DNA of 63,849 nucleotides, filler included, from Hausera hauseri (taxonomy: Eukaryota): NCBI GenBank assembly GCA_046269625.1. It is 12 parts of 12 records of this genome, joined end to end, with 100 filler letters (N's around TTAATTAATTAA, not from the genome) between each part and the next. Parts side by side here need not be neighbours in the genome. Positions count along the whole stretch, not along the records: positions 49,165 to 59,447 come from JBJURY010208855.1; positions 59,548 to 63,849 come from JBJURY010647108.1; 10 more parts are not named here. One strand, given 5' to 3'. Below the pieces are notes generated by a model. The model made no database searches. It saw only the letters and a program-made list of their open reading frames with translations, and was not told the DNA's origin. Position numbers and translations under genes: made by a program. Of this stretch, positions 49,290 to 62,540 are shown one piece after another; position 1 is the stretch's first letter; every line of letters starts with the position of its first letter.

Positions 49290-49560
49290 GCATTTTTCAG
49301 CTTTCATGTCATAAAAGTGACATGCCTACAAGACCGGTTTTGTCTATAATTAATACTCTAAATGCAAGTTCGCAAAATTGCTAGACTATTTTCTAAAAAG
49401 GTTGATTAATAATGAAAATGTAAAGATTATTTTGAGTTTGCGGATTTTATAATCAACCAAACATGTCAAGACCCTAATAAGGTTATGGTGTCATTTGACA
49501 TTGTGAGTCTTTTGCAAACATTCCACTTGATTTTATCATTGATTTATGTGTGGATTCGAT
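49290..49560 (+). mobile_element. Penelope-like reverse transcriptase fragment
   Basis: HKSDMPTRPVLS..VKDYFEF..VMVSFDIVSLFANIPLD. Confidence 0.8.
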
Positions 49561-52500
49561 TGACAGTTTGAGGTGTTTGGCTACTTTAAACTTCTGGCAT
49601 GCCGCACACTCCCTAACCCAATCCTGCACATCTGTTCCCATTGACGGCCACACAACTTGACATTTAAGAAGACGATAGGTAGCTTTGTATACAAGATGAT
49701 GCAAGGAATGGATATTGGTGAAGGCAGTCTTTTGCAAAGAAGGTGATAGAATAATTTTAGTAAACCCAGGGTTAGAGGTGTTCAAAACTACGCCATCAAT
49801 GATTTTGTAAGATTTGAAGGCGGAGAGAATAGATTCCTCTGGCAGGTTCCGTCGGAGTAATTCACTATCAAAAATGGGTGCAAATGTGATCGAGTCGACG
49901 TTTAACACGAATGCTGAGAGAAATGAAATCTACCTCTATTGACGTGGAGATGGAGATTTTATGAATATGAAGTAGGGGCTTGTGGTCCCTTTGAATGGTA
50001 AATATGCGTGAAATTAGACGACGTTTAAAATTCTTTAATGCTAAGACCATTGCAAGAAATTCCCTGTCGAAAGTCTAGTAGCGTTGTTCGACTTTTGAGA
50101 TTTTTCGTGAGAAGATTTCAAGAGGTTGATGGGAACCAGCCTTGAATTGATGCAGTACTGCACCTGCTGCTGTTGTGGAGGCGTCAGTTGTTAAGAAAAG
50201 TTCCGAATGTGGATCAGGGTATACAAGGATTTCCACAGTTCTTAAATTATCCTTGAGGTGTTCGAAAGAATTGACTAAGTCAGTAGTCCAGAGAATAAGC
50301 TGTTTCTTCTTACCGGGGCTGAGTTGGCGAATGCTGCCATAAGTGTTGAACAGTGAGGCATATATGAGCACGAAGTAAAGCGTTCCTAGAAAAGAGCGCA
50401 TTTCTGTTGATGTGCGTGGTAGTTGGATATTTTTGAGTTGAATGCTGAGATCTTACTGAGCAGAATGACCAGATTAGGTGATAACGTGTCCAATAAAGTT
50501 TGATCCTGTATTGGAAAAAAGCATATAACAAAGTTTACTTCAAGGTGCAAGCGTTGAAAAATTATGCGCAAATGTTCCGCATGCTGTTTGGGGGATGATG
50601 AAGCGATAAGAATGTCGTCTATATATGGAAAAGCAAAGTCTAGTCCAGCAAGAACTGTGTCAGTGTCTTTGGAATGTCCGGAAGCTCAAAAGGCATATAC
50701 ACATACTCGAAAAGGCCAAATGATGTTATTACAGCCGTTTCAGTATGCCAGGAATTTGGTGATCGATGGACGAAAAAAGAGGCAATGGATATGCGTCCAT
50801 GATGGTAATGGTGTTTAGTTGGCGATAATCACCACAAGGTCTAAAGGTGCCGTCCTTCTTGGAAAAATGTTTAAAGATCAATTAATAGTTGGCTGAAGGA
50901 TGACGATGACGTGGGCACTTGGTCATCGGTTAAGGTGGTTTTTGAGGTGATGTTGCCGGAAGAGGAAGACTCATTATTCTCAACGCTCAAAATATTGGTA
51001 TTCGAGGTATCATAAGGTAGAAGATTATTTACAAAATATTTATTTTAAAATCGATCTGATATTCGATTTTATAATTGAATCGCACGCTGAAGTTGAATGT
51101 AAAATAGTTGAGACTGATAAAATTTTGAAGGAAGGGCTTCCCATCAAACGACTAATAAATTGTAATGTGAAATAAAATCTGATCCAAGGATTGGTCTTTG
51201 GACATTGGCTATTATGATTTTCCAATAAAAAAGTTTAGAAAAATCTGAGAGCGAAAAAGATGTGCTGTGCCAATGGTGCGCAACGGTTCACCATTGGCTG
51301 TAAATAAGGATTTACTGATTGAAGATTTCTGCGATTCATAAGAGAGAGGAAGAAGTGAAACTGCAGCTCCAGTATCAATGAGGAAAGAGATGGAAGAATT
51401 TTTGGTCGTAATGGTAGCTTGCAGTGTGAAGACAGCAAAGAATGCATTACGGCTATTTAATGAAGCGTTTGCGCCTTTACCAGAGGTTGCCGTTAATTCT
51501 GGTGGCGTTGATAGTTTCTTGAAGGCGTTGTTGAGTTTAATTGTGCCGAAGAATCGTAAATTGTACAGCCTGGTAGGCATTTGCGAGCATTTTCGAGAAA
51601 TTTATTGTGATAAATGCTGACGACGTCATTTGATGTAATATTTTGATTGTAGAATCTGCATCCTATGTAGCATTTATTTGAGCGCTGCTCAAATTTACAA
51701 TGAAAGAAAAAGATCGGACTGCGCGTTGTTTTTGGTGTAGTCATTGCTTCTGCAATGCTGAGTGGATTTTGAGTATGTAGTATATCATAGCTTTTGTCAG
51801 CAAGTTGAGCTAATTTTTCCAGTGTGGCAATGTCTTTAACAAGTGTGAGAAGGGCCCTAATTTATTTTAATAAAGATTGGAGAAAGTAGTGACGTAAGAG
51901 ATCAGCATTGTGGTCTTGAGTCACACCCAAAGTACCAATTCGGACGGTTTGGTGTGACCTAATATGTTTTCATTAAAGACTTTGGATTATTGCGTAGATA
52001 CATGGTTCGGTGAGATTTATAACTATGGCGTGATGTGAGTTACATGGGTACGTTTCAGAAAAGATTTCTGAAAGATTTGATAAACGTGAATTTAAAGAAG
52101 GAATGTAGCGAAGGATGCTGTTGGCTTTTAAGAAAGAATCTGTCAGATTGTGAGCTTTTAACCAACCAGAATGGAAGTCCAATCAAGTCCGGAAGGGAAT
52201 TTTGGCAGTCCAGAAACAAATCGACACACTGGAATGTCAAGGAGTTGGAAGATAATTTTGTCACTATGACTGGTTGTGAATAAAGTTTTTTATGCTCCAA
52301 AGTATTGGGATTAATATCAGAACCACTAAGAAGGTGAGGTGCAATTGAAACCATTGGATGAACGGATCGTAGAAGTGTGTAAAGGGTGAATTATCTGTGT
52401 ATTGGAGGAGAAGACTATTATGATGAAGATGGAAGGTTTTAAAGAAATGGTGTCTGATAAAAGAATATAGCTGTTGTATTGTCATATTTATACATGTGTG

Positions 52501-52680
52501 GTATGTGTATAGAATTTTATTAAGGAAGAAAAAGGAAATAAAGATCGGAAAGTGAATTCCAGAGGTATGACGTGGCGCGCGAAGTGCAGAAGTGCCTAGA
52601 CTCCGGGCGGATGGTGTTCGGGCCGCCTAACTGGAGAAATGGCCGCCAAAAACCACACTAAACGCCTCAAGTTCAGTGAC
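49560..52680 (-). mobile_element. Degenerate CsRn1-like Gypsy copy (leader, gag, PR, RT, RH, N-terminal integrase)
   Basis: WLKAHNLTDSFLKANSIL; doubled CHCC region 51560-51715; FLIDTGAAVSLLP; [11 protein letters not shown]; YIDDIL; LTTDASTTAAGAVLHQ; HSLHH..CAACQ. Confidence 0.92.
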
Positions 52681-53764
52681 GCATTATTCGATGAACAATA
52701 TTGAATGCTTTGATTGTTGTTCATTAGTTTTTTGTATGAGTTACATAGACAATGTTTTGTTGCATTATTTCTTGTGGTTTGTTGAATTTCGTTTTCTGTT
52801 CAAAATTACACTTTGAACAACATGTAATATTTCTGGGTCGATTGAATGAGTTAAAACGTTATTTACATTCGAAATCAACAAGCGAAATCAAAGCTCTTAA
52901 AGCTTGAAATGAACTACCTCGACTGTTCATCATTATTGCAAAAAGAGGCTGATCATCCAAATATCTATGCTGACACATTGTGACAACATTGTGTTCCAAT
53001 AAAATTACTTCATCTGCATGTAGTGTGACGGCATCTAATTCTATAGCTTTTATGGCCGGCCATAAGAAATGATTATGTATGTCCGATCCAGACGACAATG
53101 ACGGAAACACATAAGTGGGATATATTATCACAGATTTTGTTTGCAAAAGATCCGAATATTTTTCTTTGATATTGTGCTTGTATTTCATCAATTTATTTAA
53201 TTTATTGATATGTGAATCAAGTGGGGCAAGTACAATTTTAAACCGCTGTTTAGTTTTTGTTTCATTAAAGTTCTTACGTATACAATAGAGAATGACTATT
53301 TAACGGGGTTGATGTGCTGAATTATGTTGAAATGCGAACTGGTGAAGGAAAATGGTCCGCTTGTCAACCATAAAGTTACAGTCCAAAGTGTTTTAGTGAT
53401 AAGACTGATAATTTCCACAAAGGTGTCAGTGGGTAATTCAAATGAACCCAGAGCTAAAGCTTCTAATGTTCACCCAACTGTAGGCAATTTGCTTTACTTT
53501 TTAATTATCCACGGAGGATTTCCATATGCGTTTGATACTGTACCAATGTTTCGGTGGTAATAATGCTTTCTCTAAATTATGCTGTTATGACTGTTTCTAA
53601 TATGTTAATTTTTGAGACTGTATGGCTAACAACCCTTTTAGCCTCAAACGATCTCTATTTTGCATTTTTCTTCAGTTTCTCTTTTTTATTCCTACCCGGT
53701 AGGAGTGGAGCCTCAGAATTCGAATTTGCACTTATAGCTCGCGTTGATTTCAAGTGATGTTTCA

Positions 53765-53895
53765 ACATGTTAACTGCAATATGAAGGATATTTCTTTGTC
53801 CATCTAATTTCTCTGCAATTGATTTTGAAAAAACACTAGCAAATTCCGATAATTCCGAAACGTTTTCTAAAATATTGATTACCTTTTCTCATCAA
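53765..53895 (-). repeat. Copy of the unidentified repeat at ~1275-1405
   Basis: aatattttagaaaac..tcaaaatcaattg.agagaaattagatggacaaagaaatatccttcatattgcagttaacatg is shared. Confidence 0.85.
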
Positions 53896-54256
53896 CCTAA
53901 ACAATATGATGTCTCAACGTCCGAGATTCCAAAACCAAGACACCAATGAAAAGACGATTATATATACTTTACATGCTTCGTGTGTTTCCTAAAACACGGT
54001 TATTTAACACCACTTTGCCCATACGTCTCGAATTATTAAAATATAAAACCTCAAAATCAATACATGTAATTGGTGACAAATCCCACCGATGAGGTGTAGG
54101 AATGGATTCATATATGTGCGGTTATCGTTAAGTGGAAAAGGATAAACGGTACCATTTCCGTCTCGAATAAATATTGCAAAATAACATTCCACTTTAAAAA
54201 TAGTTCCATTTTTGAGCTCAGACAATTTACTCTGTCTTTGTCCATTAATCATTAAA

Positions 54257-55170
54257 TTATTGGATTGACCCAAAAAAACAGTCGGACGTCATATTGAGAT
54301 GAAAGGGTGAGTTAACTTTTTTCCAAAAGCTTAGCAATTTATATTCGACTACTTTAGATGCGTTTGGCTTGCGAACAATCAAATGTAGTGCTTCATTTTC
54401 AATAGCCATGCCCACTATGCTTATATTAGAATTTGACGTTGGCTTACATGCCAAATATGCTTCAGTTGGTATACGCTTAGGATACTTTTAAACTATTTCT
54501 GGAACACGATATATTAAAGATTGTTGAGTGATCACTAGTTCTTCTTTACGTAACAATCGGCAATCGTTTAGCCCAGATGTACGTGCATGAACTTTGATTT
54601 TCCGAGCATCAAAATAATCTGGATTACAGTGATGGATATAAAACTCATGATCACCAGCACGAAATGCCAAGACGTTTTTATGAGCATTCAATATTTTAAC
54701 ATAAAATCTGGAACAGAGAGTTTTCTTATGAACAGATTTGACGACAAAATGTTTAATAACAAAAGGAATAACAAAAAGAATATTTTTAATTTTGTTCCAA
54801 AGGATTTCAACATGTAGTATTAATTTGTCATCATGCTTAAGTTCGCCGTATTTATCTTCTGAATATAACCGGGCAAGGAAACGAAATGACATGAACTCTT
54901 TATGACCAATTTTGATATTTAGAACCTTTTTGTGGCCGTTGGTAAGTACTAACTCGTACATAATCCGCATATTAGGTCATTTAAAAAAACACAGGTGCAC
55001 AATAAAGGGATACAGTAAAATCACCGACCTTTTTTGTACCCTGGGTCGAGAACGTCTGTAGAGCACTGCATCATTGGGTATCTTCATTCGATAGCCCGTG
55101 ACAGATGACCGTGATTCATGGGATGGCCGTAATTTGGTGATACCGGAAACCTGTGACACCATTGTAATTT
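54257..55170 (-). pseudogene. Possible MATH-domain protein fragment
   Basis: IGHKEFMSFRFLARLYSEDKYGELKHDDKLILHVEIL resembles the MATH C-terminal WG..KF.....L......L.DD.L...VEI pattern. The frame is interrupted. Confidence 0.4.
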
Positions 55171-56289
55171 TGTCTTCATTAACCGACTTTTCTTATGAAC
55201 CATATATATGTAAAAATATCCGATAAGCAAACATACGTTGCTGAGTGTGCGACGTGAATCACATTCGTCAGGTTTTGGTGCACCTCGGGAATTAAATCGA
55301 AATATGCAAATTCCAGTCCAAAATTCGCAATTAATAACTAATTATCTCAAAGACAATATATTCAACATGATAAACGAAACTCCAACAATGTATTTCACTA
55401 TAAGAATTTTAAATCAATTGTTTTTTAAATAAATCAATAAAATGTCTAAATTGATTAAAAGTTCATCTCTCAATGTTTTATTTAATAACGTCGGATGAAC
55501 TGCACCAAAGCGCAATATTATCACCTGTTTACTTTCCCCTAATAACTATGTAAACAGGTCAACTAAATTCGTGATAACTTCTATATTTTAAATTAAAGTT
55601 TGCCGATTTTGTTTCTTCTCAAAGCCGTTTGAACATATTTTTGTCCAAGAATCTTCCATAATTGGTAAAACTTTGTTTTCAATCAATCTCTGAAATCCTT
55701 CAAGGCATTTTTCTTCATTGTATTCATTGTAAAACTTCTTTTTCAAAACAGTGAAGAATTTCCTGTTAATCGTTTCAAGTTCGTCACGAATCTTGGAGAT
55801 TGCTGGATTAAATTTCCCATTTGTTTCCTTTTGCTGCAAATTCCTTTTAATCAAAATATAAGCAGTCAAGTCAAAATTTTCGGCCGAATGTTGGTCTTTT
55901 TTGCAAGTTTGTTCAAATTGGTTCAAACGGGATATTGATATGTTTATATAAAAAATAACGTGCTTTAGCAGGTTTGCACATTAGATCAAAATACAATTTT
56001 AACGAAATTGATTTTCCAAATTGATTTCATGTTTATTATAACAACTTGTTAGAGTGTAATCGTGCCTTGTGTAAATTCAAAATTCAAAATGAATATTTGG
56101 AATCTGAAAGTTTTACAAAACGTTTGAATATCATTGAAAAAGGTTCTGATTCGACTTCCTTTAGTTTTTTCTTTTTTGACCACATGCGAAGTAACGGACG
56201 TCGCAGGGAGACGATTCAAACGCGTGAGACCCCAGTCTAAGTGTACCAAGTGATCACACATTTGTTCTAGATTGCGGTGGCTCCCGAAA

Positions 56290-56876
56290 TCATGGAACCA
56301 CAACGGACCGAGGTCCACAATTTGAGTCATACTTGTGTAAATTGTTAGTCAATCGCTTGGGGATCAAATGTGTACACACTTCTTCATATCATTCCCAAGC
56401 AAACGGTATACTGGAAAGATGTCACCGCATAATGATGACCTCACTTAAATCCTTTCTGAATCACATAGCAACTGGACAGCTGTCCTTCCTCTTGTCCTAC
56501 TCGGGCAATTTGTGAGCTGACTGATCTGGATTACACATCAGCGGATGTGTTAATTCGAATTGCACAGGATCACTTCGTAGCAATAAACAAAGATGCATTC
56601 TGTAAAATTCTAAACAACAATAAGTCAAATATACGGAGTAATCTATATACAGCTAAGTTTGTTTGGCTTTGCAATCTTTCACTATGCGGTTTTCAACCCC
56701 AGTACGTTGGGCGATACAAACGTCCTGCATTGTCATCTCACATGGCCACAATACTTAAAAACAATAAAGAACACACTGTGCACATCAGCAACTTAAAACC
56801 ATCCTTTTTCGTGGTCGATTCTCCTGATGATACACAAAGCAAATCCAACTCCACTGACACTTTTCTTGGCTCTTAA
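56290..56876 (+). mobile_element. pol: CsRn1-like integrase C-terminal fragment
   Basis: TDRGPQFES; HTSSYHSQANGILERCHR; FQPQYVGRYK; VHISNLKPSFF. Homologous to 5940-6520. Confidence 0.88.
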
Positions 56877-57259
56877 GCTTTCACTTCTGTCCGACTCAGC
56901 GTACCACACATCACCACCTGATCCAGCTTCCACTTCTGTTTCGCAATTCTTACTTTCTACTTTTCACTTATCACCTTCCAACACTTCCTTGGACAATTTC
57001 AAACACTCATAATCAATTACTCTACTTCTTTCCTCTGACTTAATCTTGAAGGATATAACATCAAACACTACAAAATCCAACAATATTCCTCCCCAACAGC
57101 TTTATAAAACAAAGAAACAAATAAAAACGCACCTCAAATCAGTGACATTTAGTAAATACAGTAGTGAACTAAATATTGAAGGATCGAACGCTTTACACAC
57201 AAAAGTCGTATAGGCTAAATATAACTTTCCTTATTCTTTCACTTTATAGTTTACATTGC

Positions 57260-58550
57260 CACGGGGGTGATGTTGTACCCACCGTGCTTCGGGCCCCTGG
57301 CCCATTGTGGCCGAACAACGCCGGGTGCATCGGTTTCGCACCGATGGTTTTTTTTTCGGCATTGTTTTCCTTCCTCAGGGAATTTTTGATCTTGACTGTC
57401 TTTGATTAGAACAGGAACGAGCTATATGTCCATAGCTTTTACAGGAAAAACATAAAGTTTGTTTATCCTGATTAACCGTTGGCTTCCTCATTACAGACTT
57501 TTGAGGTTGATTATGGAAGGTAGTCTTCTTCTGCTGTTGCTCTGGTTGATTTTGAGATTTTTGAAACGGTTTCTGAAATTATTTCTTTTGTTGAAAATAT
57601 TTCAGTTTCTTTTCATCATTTTTAGGGGTTTTTTTTGCATTTTCAAGCCTTTCGTAATTGACTTCTATCTTTCTTGCTTTGCTGACAGTTTTTTTATAAA
57701 TATCAGTATCAATAACCATAATATAATTCTGAATTATTTTGGTTACTGCATAACAGAACTGAGAGAGAAGAGAATTTTCTCTTATGTCTTCATCTGAATT
57801 TGTTCTCTGAGTCAATTTCTGAACAGCACAGGCATATTCTAGAACGGTTTCGCCTTTCCTTTGACGTATCTTGTTGAATTCTTCAATTCGACCCTTTCCT
57901 GATGGGTTTACTAAAAGTCTTTCTTTCAGGGACTCTTTAAAGTTAGCCCATTCAGATTTGTCCTCATTTTCAACTTGAGTATAAGGACTGAGTGTTATAC
58001 CGTTGGAATGAAGTGGAAGACGGTTTACCTTCAGCTCGTCTGTCCATTCGAAGCCTTCTGAGTACATTTTGTATTGCATCAGGAACTCACTGTAGTCTTT
58101 ATCTGGTTTGTCTTCAAACTTACCCATGGGCAAAACCATTGTGCCACTTAGGTTGCTGCCTAAGCCACCATTTAATTCAGAACTGGGCATTTTTGTTCTT
58201 CTATTTGAGGGTTTTCTTCTGTTTCAGAATCGGATGGGCTTTTCGTCAAATCCGTGTTTTCTATTATATTACTATTATCAGCTTCTTTTCTTTTAAGAAG
58301 ATTATACGCCGCCAGCGTGCCTCCTCACTTGGGGCACAAGTTTTAAGTTTATAAGATCGATAGAAATTTTGATTCTCACGACCTGAAAACTTAAGCTTTA
58401 TTTGTTCTTACAGCAACCTGTGGGTTGCCCTAATTTATTTGACCTTAAGGTGTGAGTCGAGCGTTAGGAGTGACACTAGCCGATTGTGGAACCCGACTGT
58501 TTAGTTGGGGAATCCGGCTGAGTTCCAACCGGGAAAGTCAAACTGTATAT
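57260..58550 (-). mobile_element. gag: 5' part of another Gypsy element: probable LTR remnant, PBS, gag with CCHC knuckle; pol absent
   Basis: TTGTGCCCCAAGTGAGG (~58323-58339) resembles a tRNA-Met PBS (TGGTGCCCCGTGTGAGG); retrotransposon Gag ORF 57579-58190 (RQRKGETVLEY); CFSCKSYGHIARSC at ~57412-57453. Confidence 0.8.
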
Positions 58551-59779
58551 GGTGTATATATAAAGTGTGTGTGTGTGTGCATATGCATGTACAGAAGGGA
58601 TGTTGAAAGTATATTATATATATTGTACATATAAAAGTTTATGCTTGTTATGTTAAATTTGTATCGGATGAAGTTTGTCTGAAAGAAAAACTGTGACTGA
58701 AAAATGTAAATGTACGTGAAATCCGAAAAAGTGTTATGATGATAAATACAACACAACCCTTGTGGGCATTTACGGAAACGGAGAGTTTAAAAAAAATAAT
58801 GTGTATATATATGCATGTATATATGTGCGTATATAAATATATACAAGTAAAAAGGAATGAAAGTAAAATTAGCAAAACTGATTGATAAAAATTTGAATAT
58901 TTGAAAATTAGGATGTTATTGTTACAGTAATTGTCAGATACTAAGATGATAAAAACGTGAATTATGCGAATTCCAGAAGTGGATGTTGTAGAATATTTGG
59001 ATTTAGTATTTGAGTCATCGATCTCACAGCTTATGAAGTTCACAGTTCAAGAAAATGTTTTCATTGCATTTGTTTTTCTCATTACAAATGCAAAGTTTGT
59101 GTCAAATACGTTAAAACACGTCTTGATAATGGTAACAAGACACGTTTAGGTTCAAGAGAAGAATTTCCTAATATGGGTTTGATATTCAATGTGAATCTCG
59201 TCAAAGATGAATTAACAGACCGCGGAATATCATGTTTAATAGTCCAATGTCCAGTAGAAAGTTGTAGTATCAAGTGTCAGTTGAGAAAATTACAGGAACT
59301 TTTGGACTTATGCTGTGAATCTAACATTGAAAATTTTCTGTCCGATGAACTGTATTTATGGAATATCAGGTGTTAGTAGTTGAAGGTGGGCCCTATCCAA
59401 CACCCAACTATAACAATAAGTAAATCAATTTAGTTAATTCAATTAAGNNNNNNNNNNNNNNNNNNNNNNNNNNNNNNNNNNNNNNNNNNNNTTAATTAAT
59501 TAANNNNNNNNNNNNNNNNNNNNNNNNNNNNNNNNNNNNNNNNNNNNATTAGTTAGATTGTAAACAGTCTGTTGCTGCTTATTGTTCTGGTTCTGACTGT
59601 TATTGTATTTATTAAGATTTTTATCATTGTTAGTATAGTTTATTTATTATAAAGAGTGCTGTTTATTTAAAATATCATCCAAATGGGTTGCTTTTATTCA
59701 TTTTTATACAAATGTTTACTTTGCATATTTTCAAAATAAACATTTTATGTCTTTATTTTGTCTTTTTTTTTTGTACCAA

Positions 59780-59853
59780 AAATTAACTGAACTGAACCCT
59801 CCTTGTAATTGAACCGAACCGAAATGTGATTTTAGTGTACCGTTACACCCCTA
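59780..59853. mobile_element. Terminus of a teleost-type non-autonomous hAT-like element
   Basis: AACCG/AACTG subterminal repeats ending in GTACCGTTACACCCCTA. Confidence 0.55.
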
Positions 59854-60007
59854 CCTTCCATCCAGAATGCTTCATCAGTCAAGGAAACACAGTACAAAAC
59901 TGATTCTTCCCCCAAACAGCTTACTCTAAAGTGGAACAAACCAGTTATGTTGGTGCACTTTGGAGTAAGCTGTTTGCAGGAAGAATCAGTTTTGATGTGT
60001 GTATTTC

Positions 60008-60050
60008 CTTGACTGATGAAGCCTTCTGGATGGAAGGTGAAACGTTTCAG
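60008..60050 (+). ncRNA. Minimal type I hammerhead ribozyme motif in a Penelope-derived repeat
   Basis: TTGA-CTGATGA-A-GCCTTC(TGGATG)GAAGGT-GAAA-CG-TT-TCAG; truncated inverted copy at ~59853-59888. Confidence 0.7.
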
Positions 60051-62099
60051 CAAAAGAAACTGTCCAGATGACCTGACTGAAAATTGTTAAACGTTTACGT
60101 GTTTTCAAGCCTGACTTGAAGGAGGAAAATTCAGTTAACAAAACACTGGACCCAGTGGGTATTTTTTTATGATAACAATTAGCAGTTAAGTAAATTCTTT
60201 AGTTTGAAAGATATGTCTGGCAACATTTTTAAAGCTTCTGCTCATATTTAATCTCCAAGGAGGAAGACAATCTACCTTCAGTTGTGTTGGAGTTGCCAGA
60301 GACTTCCATGGCCACCGGTACCTCGTCATCGGATATCTCTATTAAACCAAACAAAACTCAGAATATATGCAACGTAGAGAAAATCATTAGGTACAGAGTA
60401 AATTGAAACATAAATTATAGCAGCCAAAAAGAACATACATGAAGAAGAGTAATGATACAGGACAGTGACCTCTAAAAGGTCCAATATATGGTATATCAAA
60501 AATCTGCAATCTCATTTTCTTTCCACTTACAAATATTCTTACGTTTGGCTGAAGGCAGATCTTTGTTTTGTCCAAATTCAGTGGTGGATCTTCTGGTCAC
60601 CCCAAATTGATCTAAACAAAGCAGGTCTAATAAGTAAATTAGTATTCAACAGTGTAAGCTCTCAGTGTGTTTGCTTTATACAAGCATCTTAAATGACTGG
60701 TTTAACAATTGAACTTCTTACTCATTTCTTAATAGCACTAAATCAGAAGCTGCTGACATTGTAATCATCTAATTTTCACCATCAACATTTAGTTTGGCCT
60801 TGTTAGCAACATTTTTAAAAACATTTTTCTTTTTATGGATGAAACTGTCAGACGCATTTCCATGACCCCTAGATTTGCACAAAACAATTATCGAAAAAGA
60901 AATTATGTAATGGAAACGGCACCAAAAAATAAATTATAAAAAATCCTGAATATCTAATACACCTTTTTATGCTTCCAGGAGATTTGATAATTCCCTTATT
61001 CGCTAAAATTGTCATAGAAACACTTTTTTCCCCACATGTCCACGTTTCTGGCAGCGCTGGATGTGACGTATTTGGTCAATCTAAAGACATCAAAATCTAT
61101 TTTCCAACTGGTTTTGGCCTCATTAATATGCTGTAGTTATCCTGTAACACTACTTAATCATTATACATTACATAAGGACTTTACTTCTGAATAATAATTT
61201 GAATGATCATCCATTGAATCATCTGAACAGCATTAATGGCAATCACAATAATTTATCAAAGACAAGATGTTTTAGTCCATTTTCTTCAATGTTGAGATTT
61301 GTTTTTATTATTTTGAAGAGAAGTCTTACAGGACGAGATAAAGAGTTAAAAGAATTACACTTATTTGAAAAACGGCGATCAATGGAAATACAGACACCCT
61401 GCAGCACTCTATCAAACTTCAATTTTGAAGTTCTCTATTGAGATTCAATTTTCTTTTGTGCAAGTGTCATGGAAATGCGTCAATTGTTGACAGTTTCATC
61501 CTGTAGTGATATACCTCCATCAATTTGTCTCTCAAGACCCTTGGAAAAGACAGAAACTGTTATTCCATTAATTTGAATCCAGGACACAAAATTATCTCAG
61601 CAATAGACTTAATTTTGTCCTAAGTCAATTAATCAGAAGAACAATCTTCTTTATTGTGTTCTCATTATTATTTTTCAATATCTTGATAATCAAAGGACTC
61701 AGCAAAGTAATTTATGATGACAATTTATGACACTGTGATTAAGAAAAAAGAACAACAATTTAATTTGTGTATCTTTTTCTCTTCACTTTAAAGATGTTTA
61801 TTTCATATCATTTTTAATGTTGAAATAATCATTTTAAATCAACTGTGGAAACAGTATTAAGGATTTTAAATCTCACTAGAAGTTAAATTTGTTTTAATGA
61901 GAATTAATTCTACATTTCAGCGTGTGTAAAAGAATAAGGTTTAAATCGGTCAAAGGTCAATAACAGTCAAGTTGATCCTTTCAGTTTTGTAAAAGAAGTG
62001 TTAAGACATTAATGAAGAAGCTGGCGACTTCATTCTGTCTGTTTCTCTAAACAATCTCGGTCACCTTGACTTTAAGTAAACCCTTGTCTTTACTAACCA

Positions 62100-62540
62100 C
62101 CCTCTCCTCCTGGTGGCCTCAACCAATCAGGAGAGACCAGATAACTGGAAGTTACACTCTCTTAAAACTTCCAACTTCCTGAAACTCTTCAGTCTGTGTC
62201 TTGAGAAGTTCTGAAGCAAACCAGAGGACGTTCTCCTTTGCCATTGGACGTTGGTCAAGCGCCAAAGACCTCGTCCAACGAGCGGAGCTTACAACATGCC
62301 TGTTGTAAACTCAAACTGAATTACAAAGCTCTAAGCTTTTAATGATATTCCTTTTAAGGAATATTTTATTTTGAAAACCAACCGGAACAAAAACAGACGT
62401 TACTCTTGTTTTGTTCTCGGTGAACCAGCTGAGACGCCGTAACGTAACTTCTGACCAGCTGACCGACGAACGAAGGACCGTTTGAGCTCTGAGCTGGACC
62501 TCCTCTGTTCCTGAGAGACCGATCAACTCCCAGGTAACGA
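62100..62540 (+). promoter_or_regulatory. Possible vertebrate-type promoter and first non-coding exon
   Basis: Local GC/CpG rise, CCAAT/ATTGG boxes, GGAAG/CTTCC ETS-like sites, and donor CCAG|GTAAC at ~62533. Confidence 0.3.

Noticed and set aside
55588-55926. 112-aa helical ORF, and possible exons at 58964-59376
   Set aside because: No recognisable motif or reliable gene structure without a search.
6833-59547. Regularly recurring TTAATTAATTAA palindrome within N runs
   Set aside because: Artificial six-frame-stop linker. Gene neighbourhoods across it are meaningless.
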